DNA of 64,000 bases from Podospora anserina (GCA_017654855.1 CM030336.1:4526001-4590000), one strand, 5' to 3'. Positions 1 through 12,527 are shown, counted from the first letter of the stretch. Notes: generated from the sequence alone by a model not told the origin. Translations and numbers: made by a program.

Positions 1-633
1 AGACTTGGGTGACCAAGACAGTATCTCGCCATACTTGCCTCCATACTTGGGGAGTCGGGATTACAGAGGGTTGTCGAAACAGCGTTACATCGGCTTCCCG
101 TTTGGGATCGGATCGTGCAAAAACCTCTGCCGAAGCCATAACGGGTGAGTTATCCGGCAACACTTACTCATAAATGGACACGGAGGCAAGTCTCATTGGC
201 CTGTTAAATCATCATTGGAGCGCATCTAGACTCGCCCGGAAATTCTCTGGCCCACCAAGCGGCTAGCATCTCGCTGCATGATCTTCCCCAGTTTCTTGGC
301 CTCGAAAGGCGAGGCTGTAACGGCTACGCGAACGCCCGCCAACCTGGTTTTATCGTGCATACGGGCATTTTGGCAGTGAAGTGTGGAGTCTGAACGTAAC
401 ATCGTGAGGTTTCTGTTGACAAGTGATCTTCATCTCATCTCGGGCGCTAGAGCGTACTTGGGCAAGTCCTGAGACAAGGGAAATCATAATGGCGAGAGAG
501 AGGATTCGGCAGTTGTATCCACAGTCAAGTTCTTCTTTGCGCTTTGTTGACGGAGAAATATGCCCGATGTGGCTTGAGGCCGTGACAGCTGTAGCCCAGG
601 GCCGATCCCAGGTTGACAATGGCTTATTTCAAG

Positions 634-640
634 TATATAA
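634..640 (+). promoter_or_regulatory. TATA box of the GH62 gene
   Basis: TATATAA about 80 nt upstream of the ATG at 720. Confidence 0.55.
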
Positions 641-719
641 GCCAGGTCACCTTCGTTGGACGCTCCTCGGGTTCACCTGCCAGGCATCCAGTCTCTTGTC
701 TGATCATCAAGTCGCTAAG

Positions 720-1963
720 ATGAGAATCAACTCCAGCGTTCTCAGCCCAACGGCACTGGCAGCCCTGTCTCTCCTCGGATTCGCAATCCCTGGAGCTGAT
801 GCTGCCTGCAGCTTGCCAACCTCGTACAGGTGGAGAGACTCTGGCATTCTCGCACAGCCAAAGTCGGGCTGGGTCTCCCTCAAGGACTTCACCCATGTCC
901 CCTACAACGGCCAAAACCTCGTCTATGGCACATACCACGACGGCCGCAACTATGGCTCCATGAACTTCGGCCTCTTCACCAACTGGTCCGACATGGGCCG
1001 CGCCAGCCAGAACCAAATGAACAACGCCGCCGTCGCCCCGACCCTGTTCTACTTCCGCCCCAAGAACATCTGGGTCCTCGCCTACCAATGGGGTCCGACA
1101 GCCTTCTCCTACCGCACCTCCACCGACCCGACCAACCCCAACGGCTGGTCCTCCGCCCAGCCCTTGTTCTCGGGCACCATCGCCAACTCGGACACCGGCC
1201 CGATCGATCAGACCCTCATCGCCGACGACAAGAACATGTACCTCTTCTTCGCCGGCGACAACGGCCGCATCTACCGCTCCGTCATGCCCCTCAACAACTT
1301 CCCCGGCAACTTTGGCACTTCCACCACCATCATCTTCAACGGCGCCAAGAACGACTTCTTCGAGGCTGTTCAGGTGTACACCCTCAAGGACTCCTCCCCC
1401 ACGACCTACCTCATGATCATCGAGTCGATCGGTGCCCAGGGCCGCTACTTCCGTTCCTACACCACCACCAACCTCGGCGGTTCGTGGACACCCAACGCCG
1501 CGAGCGAGAGCAACTCCTTTGCTGGCAAGGCCAACAGCGGCACGACGTGGTCGAACGATATCAGCCACGGTGACTTGGTCCGGTCGAGCAACGATGAGAG
1601 GTTCGAGGTTGACCCGTGCAACTTGCAGTTGTTGTACCAGGGGAGGTCGGGGAACAGCAACGAGTATAACCTATTGCCGTACAGGCCTGGTCTGTTGACG
1701 TTGACGAACCCGGTCGGATCGCCTAATCCTAACCCTGCTCCTGGGCCGACGTCGACTGCTCAGACGACGCCGCAGCCGACGGGGGGGAATGGGGCGACGG
1801 TGCCGAGGTGGGGACAGTGTGGTGGGCAGGGGTATACCGGGCCAACGAGGTGTGAGGCTCCGTATACGTGCACGGTTTCTAACCAATGTGAGTTTGCTTG
1901 TTGCTCTGAGGATGAGGGATGATATGCTAATGAGATACGCCAGGGTACTCCCAATGCTTGTAA
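720..1963 (+). CDS. Secreted alpha-L-arabinofuranosidase, GH62, with C-terminal CBM1. Exons 720-1887 and 1944-1963.
   Basis: Signal peptide [30 protein letters not shown]62 motifs [57 protein letters not shown] linker, then CBM1 [28 protein letters not shown]...GCTAAT...CAG intron restores the CBM1 end WYSQCL*. Confidence 0.95.
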
Positions 1964-2106
1964 ACAGACACCACAATACAAGAGTGACGTGCAAGAAGGA
2001 TCTGGTCATCAGCTTGAGGATTGGCAAAAGAGCAAACGGCAAAAGAAAGCAAGGAATTCTTTCACCCACACATTTTGTACCTACCTACCTACTTCATAGT
2101 ACATAT

Positions 2107-3477
2107 TCAACCCTTCGCCCTTACTCTCCCAGTCCCCACCCCAAAAGGCAAAGGCTTCCACAGCACCTTAACCCCAAACCACCAAAGCTCATCCTGCCAC
2201 GTATTCCAATAATGACTCCCAAACGGCGTAACCCGATTGATATACCGTATCCCCACCGCATCCAACGCAGTCTGCAGCTCCCTCGCCTGAGGGAACACAA
2301 AATCGTAGAGTCCATAAGCAACCATGATCCCCTTCTTCAACAACCCCGGGTTTTGTACCGCAGAAGACGCATCGATATACGGCGTGTTGGTAGCAGGGGA
2401 AAACATCCCAAAGTAGTCAAACATGTCGGTGGCATTGACAAACATCTCGTACGTGAGAACACCGCCCATGGACAACCCCGCAAAGGCGCGACAGCTTGCG
2501 TTTTGGCAGACTTTGTAATTTTGTTCGACCCAGGGGAAGAGGTATTTCTCAAAGTTTTCGCGAACGTAAGGTGCGGGAGGGATGGGGACACTGTGGGATC
2601 TGTTGCCGTAGATGAACTTGCCTCCTGAAGCGTCGAGGTTGTAGAAGGAGGGGGTGACCACCACGGTTGGGGGGATGTGCTTCAGGCGGATGAGGTTATC
2701 CATCACATGGCTCATTCGTCCGAGGTTTTCCCAGTCGGCGCCGTTGCCGCCTGCACCATGGGAGAGATAGAGGAGGGGGTATCTCTTCTCGGGGATGGTT
2801 CCGTATTCGGCTGGGAGGTAGATGGAAAAGTCGTGGATGTCAGGGGCCGGATGGATCGATCCGGTGGAGGTGTAGTTTGCTGGTTTGACTACACCACGGT
2901 GACCTTCTGGTGCGTCGAGAGCGTAGTCAAAGTTGGTGTTGAGTTCGGGTGAGGCCTGAAATTTGTCATCGAAGGGGACCTGGAAGCTGGAGGCTACTTG
3001 ATCGCCTTGGACGTTTTGAAATGGCGGGAGGTCTGGGTCGATGACGAGATGGCCTGTGTCGATGCTGCAGTTGGGTGCGTAGTTGCAGTTGACGAGATAC
3101 GCAAAGCTGTAGATGCCGCTTGGGAGGGGTGTTGTGTATGTCCATACACCATCATCCGAGGACTTCATCTCATATGGCCACCTGTATAGCGGTTCTGCTG
3201 GGAGCTGAGGTGAAGGATTGCTGACATAAAAGTCGCCCGGCTGGTAGTCGTGGGGATCATAGCGGCCGTTGAAGCGGTACGACGTTCCTGTTGTGTGGAA
3301 CTGGTCGGTGAAAGGTTGAATTCCGCCTCCTATTAGCACCCGCTGCGCAGTTGCGTTGACATAGCAAAAGTCGACCTCGTAGCCAGTGGGACCACGGCCT
3401 GTCTTGCGAATGGTCACCGAAGCCGAAGCTTCTAGCGACAGTAGGCTCCCGATCGCAAGAAAACTTCGTAAAAGCAT
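2107..3477 (-). CDS. Secreted alpha/beta-hydrolase esterase (Fes/CE1-like) with N-terminal E-set/CBM48-like domain
   Basis: Signal-like MLLRSFLAIGSLLSLEASA. GVWTYTTPLPSGIYSFAYLVN is E-set-like. IYLPAEYG, YPLLYLSHGAGG, nucleophile motif AGLSMGG, C-terminal GSHYWNTWQ. Intronless. Confidence 0.85.
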   Translation of the reverse strand: MLLRSFLAIGSLLSLEASASVTIRKTGRGPTGYEVDFCYVNATAQRVLIGGGIQPFTDQFHTTGTSYRFNGRYDPHDYQPGDFYVSNPSPQLPAEPLYRWPYEMKSSDDGVWTYTTPLPSGIYSFAYLVNCNYAPNCSIDTGHLVIDPDLPPFQNVQGDQVASSFQVPFDDKFQASPELNTNFDYALDAPEGHRGVVKPANYTSTGSIHPAPDIHDFSIYLPAEYGTIPEKRYPLLYLSHGAGGNGADWENLGRMSHVMDNLIRLKHIPPTVVVTPSFYNLDASGGKFIYGNRSHSVPIPPAPYVRENFEKYLFPWVEQNYKVCQNASCRAFAGLSMGGVLTYEMFVNATDMFDYFGMFSPATNTPYIDASSAVQNPGLLKKGIMVAYGLYDFVFPQARELQTALDAVGIRYINRVTPFGSHYWNTWQDELWWFGVKVLWKPLPFGVGTGRVRAKG

Positions 3478-3765
3478 GCTGCATGAAATGGGATTTGCCT
3501 GCTTCAACGGAGCTTGAAGATTAATGGACGGTCGCTCTTTATAGGCAGCTCTGAAAGTATGCTCATCTGTCCCGGAGACCGGGTTGACAGGCACCTCATG
3601 CGGGGTTATTTGGATAAATTGTTCAAATGTAAGCTAAGTCGGGGACGCAGCACCTGTTGGATAAAGTCCCCTTCTATGCCACCATCGCTTGTGCCATCTT
3701 CCGGATATGCGGGCTTGGTTGCCCCGTTGAATGCTTTATGTGGAAGACAGGCCAAATCTATGACA

Positions 3766-4370
3766 TCAAAGGTTGGAAAGTGCAAAGTAAAACCAGGGAT
3801 GATAGATATCAGTTTCTGATAGTGGCTCGAGGATCCACGGCAGGTAATTCTGCTTCCAAAGCTCTTGCTGAACGCGGTCCATGTCAACTGGTGGCATCAT
3901 GACCCATTTTGCTTTGCACCATTCCCAGTATGACGAATACCATCCAGATTGATCCCAGTCAATGATGGCAGCTACCTTGGGATTCTCCCCACGAGTTACG
4001 AGGATATTGCAAGGAACAAGATCACCGTGAGTGAAAGCGATCGGTACCTCATCTTCGAGGTCTATGTAGCAGGCCTCTTGGAAGAGACGCACTGCATCAC
4101 TGGCCTCCCATGGGCCGTGAAGATTGCTGCTGTTTTTGAGGAGAATATCATTGAGGGGTCGTCTGTCGACAGCGCCTGCGGCCACAGCCTGATGAGCTGT
4201 TTCGAATCCATCACGGCTTCTGGCAAGCAGGAATCTGGAGCACCTATGTAATTTTCTCCCGAGTTTTGCTCCAAGCTCCGCCAACTTTGAACCATTCCGC
4301 GAAGCTCGAGACAAAGCGCCTGTCGGTCAGACTCCCCCAAGTCTTTCCAGCCTTCAGCTCTAGAGGAAGG
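3766..4370 (-). pseudogene. Aminoglycoside-phosphotransferase/choline-kinase-like (APH) gene, apparently 5'-truncated
   Basis: C-lobe motifs FTHGDLVPCNILV and AAIIDWDQSGWY.SYWEWCKAK. An intron joins ...SGENYIG to AVDRRPLND. No recognisable N-lobe upstream of EGWKDL. Confidence 0.6.
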
Positions 4371-4654
4371 GAAGTCATCCTCGTAGACACGCTGTGAGCG
4401 CAGGAGAGGCAGCCGGTGGGCGCCAGTTTGAGTGATCCAACAGGTGAATTTTGCTGATTGTGTGTTCAAGACATACTTCGTAGTTGAGGATGGAACTATT
4501 TTGAGGATGCCCCCGCACAGTTGCATAAATACATTGGCCAGTGCGGGCCGAGTGCACGCGCCACTCGACAATATAGGATGCAATTGTTTTATGCAACTCG
4601 CTCTCTGTTACTCGAGAGACCAAACCTGCTCCCCCCAGACAAGGACCCGCTAGC

Positions 4655-7284
4655 TTACTCACTTCCACTCGCCACCTCCTTTCCCTTGACGCATCTCCGT
4701 CTCATACCTATCCCAGCCTCTTCGTCAAAGCTGAAGGTGGAAACATCCACCACTGTGCTGCGAGCACCATGTAGTCTCCGATATTCACCCAATCGCCGCT
4801 CGGACTCTGCAATCACTGTTTCGACATCATATCCGCAAGCCGCCTATGCCGCACTCCAGATGTCCATGACTCCCTTTCTTTCTGCCACAGGTGTGAGTGT
4901 CCTGGCTGTCTCCGGGTCATCTCGGTCCCACATGTGGTAGACATTTCCTCCATGAGAGATGATGCATTTGAATGGTTCGATAATGAGGAGAGTTGCCAGC
5001 TTCAACACATCCTCATATTCTAATTCACCCTCTCCATCCAGATTACCCTCATCATCTTGTCTGTCATCCTCACTCCGCTCGGGTTCGTCAACGTCCACTC
5101 GACTGGGTAACTGTTCCCAACACTTTTCCATGTTGATCCGGAACAGTGGAGTTGCTAGACAAGTGCAGTGAGTGGAGAAAGTCTTGATACCTGTATCCGG
5201 AATCGCGTTGCAATGGTTGATTTGGATCCCCTCCACAGTTGAGGCTGTGGTGCAACATAAACAAATCATAGCAAAGCGCGTCGATAAAATTAACAACGTC
5301 ATCCGAATCGAAAACGCCCCAAAGCAAGGGCAATCTCCACGAGAAAGGCTGCCACGAATCTCTAAAACCGTGCAGCTGTCGAGCAAAAGGCTGGCTTTCA
5401 TCATCGCCACATAGGAACAGGATATACCAGGCATCTTCGCGTGAGGTATCTCCCCTCATGGTATCCTCTTCACCAATACACATTCCAATCAGTGAGAGGA
5501 GCTCGAGCACTTGACCAACAGGCATAATGCTCACCGACAAGCTCTAAAACGTCAAACTCGCTAGTTCATAGAATGTTGTGTTTTCAACGTCCAACAGAGG
5601 CTTAGCAATAGCCGGTTTCTTCGACAAGATAAGCGAATACATTGTATGCCCTGAATATTATGGATTTCTGTGGAATTAGTAGCAATTAGCCAACATGCTC
5701 TCTCATACTTTCAGGTTTGCAAGTCCCAAAGTATCTCCAGAAGCCCCTCTCCGTCCTCATCACGCGCACGAATCGAAAGCTCTCCTGTATGGATCATCTC
5801 CCTGATTTTGTCTATATTGTCGGCTACCACAAGACTCGTCATGACTGATTCCTTTTAGTTGTACACAGGATAGGTCATTATACGCGGACAAATGCTGTAA
5901 AAGCCTTGCTGGTCAGGACCAGACGAATGGGTGATGGAGATCCCTTGTGACAGGAGCCAGGGTCGTGGTGAAAAGTCTACGTGCACGCAGAAATGAACGG
6001 AATTATTCCTAGGCATAATACCGCGCACCCTGTAGGTTTGAACATTGATCCGGAGCTGGCCCCAGCGCATCACGATCCAATTCGTACGGGTTGAGAGAGG
6101 CATCTCCTTGAATCCTGTTGGTGATCCTGTGTAGGGCCAGTTGCTTGAGAAAGACCTTGTCGTGACCTTTCGTGGGTCTTGGAACTTGGCCGGGGACCGA
6201 TCAGCAACAATCATCGCAAACTTGGAAGCTGAGCTTGATTGGCCGTTTCTCAGATCAGGAACAGTCAGCGCCAGCTCATCTATTACTTCCCGAACACCAT
6301 CAAATCTGCCCATCAAAGGTTCAAAAACTCGTTGCCGCCTCTACCCGTACCATCCGAGCAAGGAGGTCCTGATTATCCCGTGAAAGCCCTGCTGTGGATA
6401 CCAATGTTGAGAGGCCTTCAATGTGTGTTTACTGAGATATCTGAAGGCTCTCCGGTCGGGATTGAATACTGGTCATGTTGCTCTCTGTCATTGTTTGGGT
6501 CGAGGACAGAAGGGTCTTGTTTTGGCTGAGAACTGTCTTAACCATTTCTCTCGCATCGGCTGCTTCCTGCGCGTTAAAACTCGCAGCATGTTGCGCAGAT
6601 CCAGGAGTGAGTCGCCGAAGCGGGCATGTTCTCCTGGAGCTGCTTCATTGATACCTCTCGCCGACTTGTCGAAGCCCTTTGTTCGGTGGCCATGCTATGA
6701 ATATCGCAGTGGATGGATGTCGAAATGTGCCTGTTGACCTCATTAATTGTGGTCAGCTCATTCTGATGCGTCGTCAATATCGTCTAGGCAAGCTTGCTCT
6801 CTCACCCTGTGATCATTGATATCGCCAACGTTGCTTCCCCCTTACGCTCCTCAAGCCTGCGCAGTAGTGCTGCCCTCTCTGCGCTGTGGAAAACAAATTT
6901 GGCGCGCTTCCATTTTGAGAGATCAGCTGGAATGAGATCGTACAGAACATGCATGTCCTGGGAGAAGCGCTGGGAAAGTGGCCTTATGAGCCGGGCAAGA
7001 TCAAGCTGCATCGATGAAGCAAGTGACGACTGCTGCACTTCAGTCGCATATGCTCGGAGCTGGTGGAATAACTCCTGAACCGCAGCAAGGGCTGTACCAC
7101 AAAAGTTATTAGTCGCCCTGCGTTCGATGGACTCAAGTAGTTCGGGTTCTGACATCTCTGCAGTTCCTGCACATCATCTTTGGCGTGGATGAAACCAGAC
7201 ACCAGCCCCGCTGTCGTCGAGGAGGCTCTCAATGTCGCGTCGAGCAGCTGAACAGCGGCAGCTAAAGTCCCAAAAGGCTTCCAT
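4655..7284 (-). pseudogene. Decayed gene for a fungal HeLo-like N-terminal domain plus ankyrin-type protein
   Basis: ATG GAA GCC TTT is followed by a frameshift into GTLAAAVQLLDATLR, and a second frameshift leads to ...SKWKRAKFVF...LLRRLEERKGEATLAIS, a typical fungal N-terminal helical domain. Ankyrin-like segment DNIDKIREMIHTGELSIRARDEDGEGLL near 5750-5820. In-frame TAG at 4844-4846 within IWSAA*AACGYDVE. Confidence 0.6.
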
Positions 7285-8028
7285 TCTTGCTCTGTAAATG
7301 TCGTGTTGTTGGTCTCTCTACGCACGAGGGGGTCAATGAAGGTGCAATGACGGTGCTTCGGCTTCCTTCACGTCCGAATGAAGTAGAGTTCAGCTCCTAG
7401 GCACCCCAACACGAAAGCAAAGGTCGGGCACGTGGATTGTCCTGCAGGCTTAGCTAATCCTGGCTGGTCATACTGCCTCATGACTTTGGGCACGCAGCCA
7501 CATCAATTTGGAGCTTTTCTTGTGCAGTTACGCAACCTCATTCGTCAATTTCCAACGTGATGTAAGGTATCCACTCCGAAGGTGCGACCGCACCTAACTC
7601 AGCCGTGCGACCTCAGCCTGGGTGACCTAGAGTGGCGATGCCCTCGGCATGCAAGTGACATCTTATGATGGCTTCACTCAAGGATTTTGGTTGTGGGAGA
7701 GCTCAGGAATCGGCCTTTGGGCTGAGGACCGGGAGGGTAATCTGGTGCTTCTGAGAATCTTTGGGTATATATTGGTTGGACCTCTATGCTCTTTGAAGCA
7801 GGTACTCTTTCTTTGTATCTAGCAGTTCAATATTGCCTGTGATTTGCCATCATTTCTGATTTCACATCACCACTGTCGGAACCACTTGTTAATGCCTAAA
7901 GAACACCCATCAGTCCTTCTAAAATAGTTGGAACCTAACCATCAAATTCACTCAACATCATATCTTGAACACCTCCTTAAATTACTCTTTACGGGTCCAT
8001 GCCCAGCAGAACAGACAAAGGTTTCAAC

Positions 8029-11000
8029 CTAACCATCATTAGAAAGAACAACCTCAAACTCCCCCCTAATCGGATCACGCTCCCTCGCCCCCCTAAAATA
8101 AGCAAGCGTAATCAACCTAACCACCCTATCCCCCTTCCCATAATCATTCAAGTACGCAAGCGACAGTATCGAACTAAGCTCATACACCTTCCTCACACTA
8201 ACAAAACCACTACTACTCCGCGGCAACAACCTCAATATCAGCACATCCAACTCAGGGTCATGAAGCTTGGAGAATTGCAGCAGCGCATTGAACCGCAAGT
8301 TACTCAAGATCGTGGCTCCCGCGCCTTGGTATGTCTTCATGAGCATGTTCCTCCCTTGGTATTTTGTGTCTCCTAGCGGAATGCAGACGTCGAATTCCTT
8401 GAGCATGTAGTTGCTTTGGGTGTTGCTGACGAGGATGGAAAATACAATGTCTTTGGGGAGATTGAGGCTGTTGGTGTAGATGGCGTTTTGGTTGGGGGTG
8501 TAGGCTGTGCATTTGAAGACTGGGGGGCCGGCTGGGTCTTCGGGAGCTATGGCTGCCCTGGTGGCTAAACGGGCGAAGTGGGGAGTGGAGGGTGATGGGG
8601 GAAGGATGGGAGATGTGACGGTGGGGATGCTGCGAATGTGCGGTGCGTCACAGGGTGAGTATGCCAAGGAGGCTGGTTCTGAGGTATCCAAGGAGAAGAT
8701 GGAACTGGCGGCTGTTGAGGCTGCGCGGGGGCGGAGAAAAGGATGGTCGCTGTCATCCTCTGAGCCCGAATCCTCATCGTCAGAGGCAGCGGTCGAGGGG
8801 AAGAGTTTTGGGACGATTGGATGGTTGGTTGAATGGAGGGTGCGCAGGGTCTGCGGTCCCTCCGGTGCCGCGAAAGCAAGACTACGTATCATGGTGGTGT
8901 TCTCGGGCGGCTGTAGGCTCGCGATGGCTGGGACGGGCTGGCCAGATCCGCTCTTCTTCAGGTCAATTTCGAGGTAGTAGATCGGCTCTGTTAGCTGCAT
9001 GGCGAACAAGGCGGAGTTGGGAGTGTCATCTTCAAAAGGAACAATATCAGGCCCCTCGGGATTCTTGGGGTGCTTGTACGGCTTCATCAGGTTCTTGTCG
9101 TTGAGCATATCGAGTTGCACCTTTGCGAATCTGGTCGACCTCAGCAAGCGCAGGTCGTCTTCGACATCTGGCTGTACAGCCCTAGGAACCGTATTCCACA
9201 GAAAAAAGTTGTCTTTGGAGGTTGGGCGTTGCTCAATGGGCGGCTTGAATGGCAACTGTGGATTGCTGGGGTCCAGTTTGCGCTCCTCCTTGTCAACCGT
9301 GTACTGTTTCCTCATGTTAACGGTGAGATGGTCTGCTCCAAGACTGTTTCCTACTGCGAAACACGGCTGGTGGGGAGGCTGGGTGAAGATCAGTGTGTCA
9401 AAGTCCACAGAGCCAGGGGTACGATCGAGCAGACCGAGCATGACACCGTCGGCAACAATCTCATGGCGTAACAGTGGTGCCTGCGGCGGAGCCTCCTGGT
9501 CTTTACGAACAGTGTCCACTTTGAGATCAGGAAACATGGTGACCAGATCGGATCGGAGGTAGAATCCATATGTGGGCACCTGCGGACGATGTTTCTGCTC
9601 TTCTGGGAGGTGCTTGATGAAACGGTTGACGGCCTCCTTGATAGCTGCACGATCCATGTCTGTCCCTTTCTCATTACCCAGGCTAAGAGTTCCGTCAATC
9701 ATCGCATCCACCCAGTTGGGATCGATGTAGAAGAACTTGAGGCTTTCCGGACTGAGGTGGGATGGGTCACTGATGAGATAATGCGCAGGGACGCCAGAGA
9801 GAAACATCCGGTCCATGACAAACGCAAGTACAACCATCCAGTCAGTAGAGACAGGGCTGTTTGTTTCGTCATAGACAATTTGGTGTTTTTCATCACTGCC
9901 CTGGGCAAGAGAAAGCTCGAGGGCTGCCTCCGTTGCCGCTTCGAGATATTGCTGCTCTATAATGCGGTTGTTGAGGTCAAGAGCACGAGTCTTTTTGGGC
10001 CCGAGGATGGGTCGGAACCAGCGCACCCAGGAAGAAGTGGGTGATGTTGCTGGATCAGACGGTCCGTCTACAGGATCAGGGGTTTCTGTTGGTAGTCCCT
10101 CGCTCATCTCATTGAGTCTGTTGACTGTATGTTTCATCCCATCCAAGACTTCGGCAAGTGTCCTCACGCTCGTCTCCCCTCCAAGTTTCTTTGCCGCTGC
10201 AAGCTTGATCTTGTGCATGGCCAACTTATGAATAGCACCCCTGAGCCGGGATAGTGCGGCCGTGAATCCCTGGTCCCCTACAGCGAGGACCCTGCCCAAG
10301 TTCCAAGCAGACGAATATGTCACATCCACAATTCCCAGCTCTTGATCAAGGATCTGAAAATCCTGACCTGAGTTGGAACAAGTGTCGAAATACGGGTTCT
10401 TGGGGACAACTGTGGGCGTGAAGGGACTTCGATAGAATGCCATAGTTGACTCGCCAGTCTGCATTCGGTACTTAACTAATGTGAAGCCATCTTCCAGTCT
10501 TTTTGCCAGGCGCTCACTAACTCTGTTTCCTTTCAAACTGTCTATGACATCCTGCGGTGGCCGAAGAACACTCAAAGATCTGCCCAAATTGACGAAGGAA
10601 TCATAAACGTTGAGCATGTTTGGCGGCATGACGGTGTAATTCCAACTGTGCAGAGAACAAAGACTGACAAACTGTTTCTCCTCCGGGTTGGGGAAGGTCA
10701 TCTGTTCGACACCCTCAATCGAGACGAGGTGAACCGCAACGCTGACTGGCGTTTTATTGTGCATTGGACCAGATCGTGCGCCAACGACGATGGAGAATAT
10801 TCCGACATCCTCTGTACCGCCGATGGCCATTCCCGTTGTGTTGATCTTGCGCACGTGCGAGAGGTATGTGTACTGAGACACGTCTGGCTTATCCTTCTCG
10901 ATCCTGTTGCCATTCTCGTCAAACGCCGAGAAAAGTGACTTGAACAAGTTCGATTTGATGAGGATGAATTCTCCTTTCTTGTCGTTGACGTTGCGAAACT

Positions 11001-11649
11001 CCTCTTCTCCATCTTGGATGGGGTTGGCGGCGTTTGTAATCCCCCTCATCTGTCCGACGGTCATCTTCATGGATAGCGTACTCGTTTGTTCCCACTCCTG
11101 CCCGGCAGGTAGATTCGGCAGTCCCTTCAAATCTCCTGGATTCAACTTGAGCTCTTCTTGCGTGAATGTGAACAGCGCCAGCCACGGCACCCTCCGCCTA
11201 GTATCGCCATTACCCTCCGTACTGGGGCTGCCAATTCTCTCCCACGGTAGATGGGGATCGCTCAACACAACGTGAGGCAGCATCCGGTTCTCTTCGGGGT
11301 ACCCCGACGGCGGATAGACCGAATAGACGGACTGTTCAGGCAGCATAAATTGCGGTGCGTCGACGGAGAAGGTCTGCTGAGAGAGGAGCAGCAGTGGCTG
11401 GTCGTTATTCTTGGCTGTGACGGTCTGCTCCGCGGTGACAGTGTACTGGGGTCCTGCGACAAGACTCGGCGCCCAGAAAGAGTTGAGCCGTTCCTCGCCG
11501 GGGAGGAGATCTGGACCGTCGTCGTCTTCGCCCAGTAGGGCGAGGCCTTTAGCTTTGCGGGCTTTGTAAACATTTCTTCGGGCATGGCGGAGGGTGAGGT
11601 GGCGGGGGGAGTTGATTGCCCGAGATTTGCCGCCTGTGAAGATAGCCAT
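8029..11649 (-). CDS. Uncharacterised 1206-aa protein (component A of the DUF6603-associated cluster), intronless
   Basis: 3.6 kb open frame. Conserved-looking blocks: FSVDAPQFMLPEQSVYSVYPPSG, LPHVVLSDPHLPWER, VPWLALFTFTQEEL, YLSHVRKIN, AVHLVSIEG, DVTYSSAWNLGRVLA, GVPAHYLISDPSHLSPESLKFFYIDPNWVDAMIDG, GFYLRSDLV. No signal peptide. Confidence 0.9.
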   Translation of the reverse strand: MAIFTGGKSRAINSPRHLTLRHARRNVYKARKAKGLALLGEDDDGPDLLPGEERLNSFWAPSLVAGPQYTVTAEQTVTAKNNDQPLLLLSQQTFSVDAPQFMLPEQSVYSVYPPSGYPEENRMLPHVVLSDPHLPWERIGSPSTEGNGDTRRRVPWLALFTFTQEELKLNPGDLKGLPNLPAGQEWEQTSTLSMKMTVGQMRGITNAANPIQDGEEEFRNVNDKKGEFILIKSNLFKSLFSAFDENGNRIEKDKPDVSQYTYLSHVRKINTTGMAIGGTEDVGIFSIVVGARSGPMHNKTPVSVAVHLVSIEGVEQMTFPNPEEKQFVSLCSLHSWNYTVMPPNMLNVYDSFVNLGRSLSVLRPPQDVIDSLKGNRVSERLAKRLEDGFTLVKYRMQTGESTMAFYRSPFTPTVVPKNPYFDTCSNSGQDFQILDQELGIVDVTYSSAWNLGRVLAVGDQGFTAALSRLRGAIHKLAMHKIKLAAAKKLGGETSVRTLAEVLDGMKHTVNRLNEMSEGLPTETPDPVDGPSDPATSPTSSWVRWFRPILGPKKTRALDLNNRIIEQQYLEAATEAALELSLAQGSDEKHQIVYDETNSPVSTDWMVVLAFVMDRMFLSGVPAHYLISDPSHLSPESLKFFYIDPNWVDAMIDGTLSLGNEKGTDMDRAAIKEAVNRFIKHLPEEQKHRPQVPTYGFYLRSDLVTMFPDLKVDTVRKDQEAPPQAPLLRHEIVADGVMLGLLDRTPGSVDFDTLIFTQPPHQPCFAVGNSLGADHLTVNMRKQYTVDKEERKLDPSNPQLPFKPPIEQRPTSKDNFFLWNTVPRAVQPDVEDDLRLLRSTRFAKVQLDMLNDKNLMKPYKHPKNPEGPDIVPFEDDTPNSALFAMQLTEPIYYLEIDLKKSGSGQPVPAIASLQPPENTTMIRSLAFAAPEGPQTLRTLHSTNHPIVPKLFPSTAASDDEDSGSEDDSDHPFLRPRAASTAASSIFSLDTSEPASLAYSPCDAPHIRSIPTVTSPILPPSPSTPHFARLATRAAIAPEDPAGPPVFKCTAYTPNQNAIYTNSLNLPKDIVFSILVSNTQSNYMLKEFDVCIPLGDTKYQGRNMLMKTYQGAGATILSNLRFNALLQFSKLHDPELDVLILRLLPRSSSGFVSVRKVYELSSILSLAYLNDYGKGDRVVRLITLAYFRGARERDPIRGEFEVVLSNDG

Positions 11650-12380
11650 CTTGGACTGAACCCCAAAACTGGAAAGCAGTCAAGGGCTATAACTCTAGCG
11701 TTAAGAGAAGTGTCGTGAAGTGAAGAATGAAGTAAGCTGCTGTTGGGCAAAACGTGAGGACGATGAGGAACTTGGAAAGTTGTTGTGCAGCAGCTTTGGT
11801 TTGGTCCGAGATTGGCCCACTTGCGATTTCCTCTCTCCCCCTCCCCACAAAATAGGCCAGTTATGTTCGAAGTACCTCGTTGTCTCCAAGATCAAAAAGT
11901 GACTTTGGGCGATACTTTTCCTGTTGAACAATGAGCACCACTATCCCCGAAGCAGGCAGACCGGAACCCCGCAGGGGTCACCTGCATTGCATAACAGACG
12001 GAACAGAGAGACCTATCGAAATATGCAGTACTACACTGCGTCACTGCATGTCTCAAGCGCGAATTCCGCAAGCTGGCATAATGGAACTTTGAACTGTCTG
12101 CTTCAGCCAGCCACTTTTGAGGATCATGATGGGCACGTCTGCATCATGAGCCGGATTGGGAGATGAAGCCGTACATCATGAGCGCTGAGTTGTCAGGCAT
12201 CACGATCGTCAGGTGAAATCATCCGGTGTCAGGATTGTGAGTTTCATATTGTTCGTCTTTGGGTGATCTACAACCGCAGCGCGTGGTGGTTTGAGGGGCC
12301 ACTGACTCCATGAAGGAAACTGCCATTATTGTTACCTCATATTTACGAAAATGATGTGCAGATTTTGCATGACAAGACGA

Positions 12381-12388
12381 TATATAAG
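12381..12388 (+). promoter_or_regulatory. TATA box of the beta-propeller gene
   Basis: TATATAAG about 140 nt upstream of the ATG at 12528. Confidence 0.5.
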
Positions 12389-12527
12389 TTATGATGGCTC
12401 TGCTTCAACATTCTGCCTTTAGATCCTCTCACTTTGTCACCATCTTTCCCATTACCTTGACAAACAAAAGACATCTCAACTGTTCCACAAAGTATTTCCC
12501 ATCTGCTTCAGGACTTGAATAGCAATC

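Noticed and set aside
261-266. GGCTAG as an XlnR/Xyr1 site upstream of GH62
   Set aside because: Plausible, but a single hexamer is expected by chance and cannot be supported alone.
423-719. 99-codon N-terminal extension of the GH62 ORF
   Set aside because: Starts at GTG and spans the TATA box. The signal peptide begins at ATG 720.
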